Shown here piece after piece: positions 60,525 to 64,000 of a stretch of 64,000 nt of DNA (its first letter is position 1; the number at the start of each line of letters is the position of its first letter). Under the pieces are notes generated by a model that was given only the letters and a program-made list of their open reading frames with translations, was not told the DNA's origin and did not search any database. The stretch is from contig CAZEVP010000003.1 in NCBI GenBank assembly GCA_964515735.1, positions 18,731 to 82,730 on the forward strand. Reading direction: 5' to 3'. Made by a program: the position numbers and the translations under genes. This DNA comes from an uncultured Verrucomicrobiaceae bacterium (GTDB taxonomy: Bacteria; Pseudomonadota; Gammaproteobacteria; Pseudomonadales; CAMLJR01).

Positions 60525-62053
60525 CAACCGACAGTGTCATCTTCGGCGACGGCCGCCTGACCATCGAACAGATCGGCGCCATCGCCCGCGGCGAAGCGCA
60601 GGCGCAACTGAGCGGCAGCGACCGCTTCCGCGCCCGCATCGAACGCGGCGCCGCCTTCCTCGATTCGCTGCTGGCCGAGCGCGGCGTCATCTACGGCGTC
60701 ACCACCGGCTACGGCGACTCCTGCACGGTGGCGGTGCCGCCGGAGCTGGTCGAGGAACTGCCGCTGCACCTGACCCGCTTCCACGGCTGCGGCCTCGGCG
60801 ACGTGTTCGAGCCGGTGCAGGGCCGCGCGATCCTGGCGACGCGCCTCGCGTCGCTGGCGCAGGGCTGCTCCGGCGTGCGCTGGGCGCTGTTGCAACAGCT
60901 CGAAACCTTCCTGCGCGAGGACATCGTGCCGGTGATTCCGCAGGAGGGCTCGGTCGGTGCCAGCGGCGACCTGACGCCGCTCTCCTACGTCGCCGCCGCG
61001 CTGATCGGCGAGCGCGAGGTATGGCACGCCGGCGAGCGCCGCAACACCGTCGACGTGCTGCGCGAACAGGCGATCGCGCCGCTGGCGCTGCGGCCGAAGG
61101 AGGCGCTGGCGATCATGAACGGCACCGCCGTGATGACCGCACTGGCCTGCCTCGCGTTCGAGCGCGCCGACTACCTGATGCGACTGGCGACGCGCATCAC
61201 CGCGATGAACTCGGTGGCGCTGGCCGGCAACGCCAGCCATTTCGACGAGCGCCTGTTCGCGGTGAAACCGCACGCCGGTCAGCAGCGCATCGCCGCCTGG
61301 CTGCGCGCCGACCTCGAACAGCACGACGCGCCGCGCGAGGGCACGCGGCTGCAGGACCGCTACTCGATCCGCTGCGCGCCGCACGTCGTCGGCGTGCTGG
61401 CCGACTCGCTGCCATGGCTGCGCCAGTTCATCGAGAACGAACTGAACAGCGCCAACGACAACCCGATCATCGACGGCGACGGCGAACACGTGCTGCACGG
61501 CGGCCACTTCTACGGCGGCCACATCGCCTTCGCGATGGACAGCCTGAAGAACATGGTGGCGAACATCGCCGACCTGCTCGACCGCCAGCTGGCGCTGCTG
61601 GTCGACGAGAAGTTCAACTGCGGCCTGCCACGCAACCTCAGCGGCGCCAGCGGCGCGCGCGCGCCGATCAACCACGGCTTCAAGGCAGTGCAGATCGGCA
61701 CCAGCGCGTGGACCGCAGAGGCGCTGAAGCTGACGATGCCGGCCAGCGTCTTCTCGCGCTCGACCGAGTGCCACAACCAGGACAAGGTCAGCATGGGCAC
61801 CATCGCCGCGCGCGACTGCCTGCGCGTGCTGCAGCTGACCGAACAGGTGGCGGCGGCGCTGCTGCTGGCAGCGACACAGGCGCTGGAACTGCGCGCACGC
61901 CGCGACGGCACCGCGCTGACGCCGGCGCTGGCCGACATGAGGGCGCAGGTGTTCACGCAGTTCGATTTCGTCGACGAGGACCGGCCGCTGGAAGCGACGC
62001 TGCGCCAGTTCGTCGCGGCGATCCAGCAGCGGCAGTGGACGCTGTACGACTAG
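60521..62053 (+). CDS. MIO-dependent aromatic amino acid ammonia-lyase (HAL/PAL/TAL family)
   Basis: ATGA overlap. GSVGASGDLTPLS (Ala-Ser-Gly MIO triad), YGVTTGYG, NDNPI. Substrate is not assignable by eye. Confidence 0.9.
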   Translation: MTTDSVIFGDGRLTIEQIGAIARGEAQAQLSGSDRFRARIERGAAFLDSLLAERGVIYGVTTGYGDSCTVAVPPELVEELPLHLTRFHGCGLGDVFEPVQGRAILATRLASLAQGCSGVRWALLQQLETFLREDIVPVIPQEGSVGASGDLTPLSYVAAALIGEREVWHAGERRNTVDVLREQAIAPLALRPKEALAIMNGTAVMTALACLAFERADYLMRLATRITAMNSVALAGNASHFDERLFAVKPHAGQQRIAAWLRADLEQHDAPREGTRLQDRYSIRCAPHVVGVLADSLPWLRQFIENELNSANDNPIIDGDGEHVLHGGHFYGGHIAFAMDSLKNMVANIADLLDRQLALLVDEKFNCGLPRNLSGASGARAPINHGFKAVQIGTSAWTAEALKLTMPASVFSRSTECHNQDKVSMGTIAARDCLRVLQLTEQVAAALLLAATQALELRARRDGTALTPALADMRAQVFTQFDFVDEDRPLEATLRQFVAAIQQRQWTLYD

Positions 62054-62069
62054 GAACGCGGAAAAACCG

Positions 62070-62501
62070 ATGGACAAAGACCAGAAACTGAGCGCCGACG
62101 TACTGATCCAGATTCCGTTCCACGACTGCGACATGATGCGCATCGTCTGGCACGGCCATTACACGAAGTACTTCGAGATCGCGCGCTGCGCGCTGTTCGA
62201 CCTGATCGACTACAACTACGCCACGATGGAAGCGTCGGGCTATGCGTGGCCGATCGTCGAGTGCCAGCTGAAATACATCCGCCCTGCCCACTTCGGCTCG
62301 CGCGTGCGCGTGCGCGCGACGCTGACCGAGTACCAGAACCGCCTCGGCGTCGACTACCTGATCACCGACGACGCCAGCGGCGAGCGGCTGACCAAGGGAC
62401 GCAGCCTGCAGGTCGCGGTCGACATGAAGAACGGCGAGCTGCAGTTCGCCACACCGCCGATCCTGACGGAGAAGATCGAATGCGCGCTGCGCCGGCTCTG
62501 A
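62070..62501 (+). CDS. 4HBT/YbgC-type acyl-(CoA/ACP) thioesterase
   Basis: IPFHDCDMMRIVWHGHYTKYFE (hot-dog thioesterase with catalytic Asp context). Confidence 0.85.
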   Translation: MDKDQKLSADVLIQIPFHDCDMMRIVWHGHYTKYFEIARCALFDLIDYNYATMEASGYAWPIVECQLKYIRPAHFGSRVRVRATLTEYQNRLGVDYLITDDASGERLTKGRSLQVAVDMKNGELQFATPPILTEKIECALRRL

Positions 62502-63181
62502 TCGCACTCGCCGTTCTGCTGGCGCTGGCCGCACCCGGCCACACTGCCACTGCCGATGGCGACGACGCACTGTGGCGACAACCACCGGCCTCGCTCGACG
62601 ACCCGCTGCTGCGCGCGATCGGCGCACGGCTGGCGCAGGATGAAACGCTGGCGCGCCGCTTCGAACAACAGAAACAACTGAAGATATTGCAGCGACCGCT
62701 GCGCACCTCCGGCGTCATGCTCTATCGCGCCGGCCTCGGCGTCTGCTGGCATACCGAAACGCCGGTAGTCAGCACGCTGGTACTGGAACCGGAACGGCTG
62801 CGCCAGCTCGGTGACGGCGCGCACGGCGACGCCGACGAACTGGTCATCGGCGCCGCCGAACAACCGGCGCTGTTCGGCTTCACGCAGCTGTTCTTCTCGC
62901 TGCTGGCCGGCCGTGTCGACACTGCCACCGATCAGTTCGAACTGCGCGTCGCAGGCGATGCCGCCGACTGGCGCATCGGCCTGCTGCCGCGCAGCGCGCT
63001 GCTGCGCCGTTTCATCGCGCGGATGCAGCTCGACGGCGGCGAACAGGTCGACGCCGTGACCGTCACCGATCCCGAGGGCGACCGCACGCTGATCCATTTC
63101 GCGCCGCTCGATGTTGCCGACCCGACACTGGAGCAGCGCTGCTTCGGCGCACCGTCGTCGCAGGAACCGGCGCATGGTTGA
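62480..63181 (+). CDS. LolA-like outer-membrane lipoprotein-carrier-fold protein
   Basis: 22-bp overlap with the thioesterase gene. Signal peptide ALIALAVLLALAAPGHTA. F.Q.K…L..PL..SG pattern (FEQQKQLKILQRPLRTSG). Confidence 0.7.
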   Translation: MRAAPALIALAVLLALAAPGHTATADGDDALWRQPPASLDDPLLRAIGARLAQDETLARRFEQQKQLKILQRPLRTSGVMLYRAGLGVCWHTETPVVSTLVLEPERLRQLGDGAHGDADELVIGAAEQPALFGFTQLFFSLLAGRVDTATDQFELRVAGDAADWRIGLLPRSALLRRFIARMQLDGGEQVDAVTVTDPEGDRTLIHFAPLDVADPTLEQRCFGAPSSQEPAHG

Positions 63182-64000
63182 CTGGCTGGTCGCGCGGCTG
63201 CTGGTGACGCCGCGGCGCGGGCTGCAGCTGTGCGCGCTGATGGCGGCGCTGATCGCGCTCGCCTTCGCCGTCAGCTTCTGGCGCGGCGCGCAGATCGAAA
63301 CCAACGTCATGGCGTTGCTGCCACCGACCGAACGCGACCCGGTGGTCGCCGCCGCCGTGCAGCGCTTCGACGAACAGCTGGCGCGGCGCCATCTGCTGCT
63401 GGTCGGCGCCGCCGATTTCGATGCCGCGCGCGCCGGCGCCGAGCGGCTGGCCGGCCTGCTGTGCGACAGCGAGCAGTTCGCCGAGGTGACGCTGCGCGTC
63501 GCCGGCGACACCAATACCACCGCGCGCCTCTACGGCGACCATCGCGCGCAGCTGCTGACGCCGGCGCTGCGCGACGCGCTCGCCGAGGGCGGCGCCGATG
63601 CGGCGGTCGAGCACGCGCTGCGGCTGCTCTACAACCCGGCGGCACCGATCAACTCGGCGCTGCTGGCGCACGATCCACTGTTGCTGTTCTACGACTTCGT
63701 CGCCAGTCAGCGCGGCGGCAACGGCGCGCTCGAACTGCGCGACGGCCTGCTGACGGCGCGGCACGACGGCCTGCACTACGTGCTGCTGCAACTGCAGCTG
63801 AACGGCGACCCGTTCTCAATCGAACTGCAGCAGCGCGTGGTGCCGGCACTGGATCGCGTGCTGGCACAACTGCAACAGGAACAGCCGGCGCTGCGGCTGC
63901 TCGACATCGGCGCCGTGCGCTACGCCCGCGCCGGCGTCGAGGCGGCACAGCGCGAGGTGTCGACGATCGGCACGCTGTCGCTGATCGGCATCATCGCCAT
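63174..64000 (+). CDS. MMPL/RND-like exporter, 5' part (runs off the window)
   Basis: Not in the ORF track because no stop lies inside the window. Hand translation from ATG 63174: MVDWLVARLLVTPRRGLQLCALMAALIALAF…ETNVMALLP…GVEAAQREVSTIGTLSLIGIIA. 8-bp overlap with the LolA-like gene. Confidence 0.75.
   Translation, partial: MVDWLVARLLVTPRRGLQLCALMAALIALAFAVSFWRGAQIETNVMALLPPTERDPVVAAAVQRFDEQLARRHLLLVGAADFDAARAGAERLAGLLCDSEQFAEVTLRVAGDTNTTARLYGDHRAQLLTPALRDALAEGGADAAVEHALRLLYNPAAPINSALLAHDPLLLFYDFVASQRGGNGALELRDGLLTARHDGLHYVLLQLQLNGDPFSIELQQRVVPALDRVLAQLQQEQPALRLLDIGAVRYARAGVEAAQREVSTIGTLSLIGIIA

Noticed and set aside
60521-62053. Calling the ammonia-lyase hutH (histidine utilisation)
   Set aside because: No hutU/hutI/hutG or hutC gene is nearby. 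The gene is translationally coupled inside the lipid/polyketide-like operon.

Overview
Strongly GC-rich proteobacterial chromosome segment. Wobble positions are almost all G/C, and there are many long spurious antisense ORFs. I found no rRNA, tRNA, CRISPR array, transposase or integrase.

Most of 8.5-41.9 kb is housekeeping DNA. Its gene order closely resembles classical gammaproteobacterial, Pseudomonas-like loci:
- ubiC, HU, oxyR-recG, ridA, spoT-rpoZ-gmk-yicC
- rph, a Crc-like protein, pyrE, slmA, argB, algC, coaBC, radC, rpmBG, rnk
- argH, algZ-algR, hemCDXY

Two regions are accessory.

(1) 1.6-7.9 kb is a small cargo segment bracketed by two different RES-toxin/Xre-antitoxin modules that face inward. 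It carries an XRE regulator, a thioredoxin-like/HxlR pair, a decayed GFA gene, an SDR, an AraC-MGMT fusion and a DUF924 protein.

(2) 42-64 kb, running off the window, is a large lipid/polyketide-like cluster. Its content matches aryl-polyene (APE) pigment clusters combined with dialkylresorcinol genes darA/darB and an MIO ammonia-lyase, which is a flexirubin-type architecture.

The most unusual points are all inside that cluster:
- A 10-bp tandem duplication removes the darA stop codon and fuses darA in frame to darB.
- A BtrH-like ACP-dependent transferase and an unknown 137-aa protein are packed tightly into the dar operon.
- The cluster is interrupted by a lipoprotein L,D-transpeptidase and a PrlF/YhaV toxin-antitoxin pair.

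All calls come from reading the translations and the DNA by eye. No database search was run.
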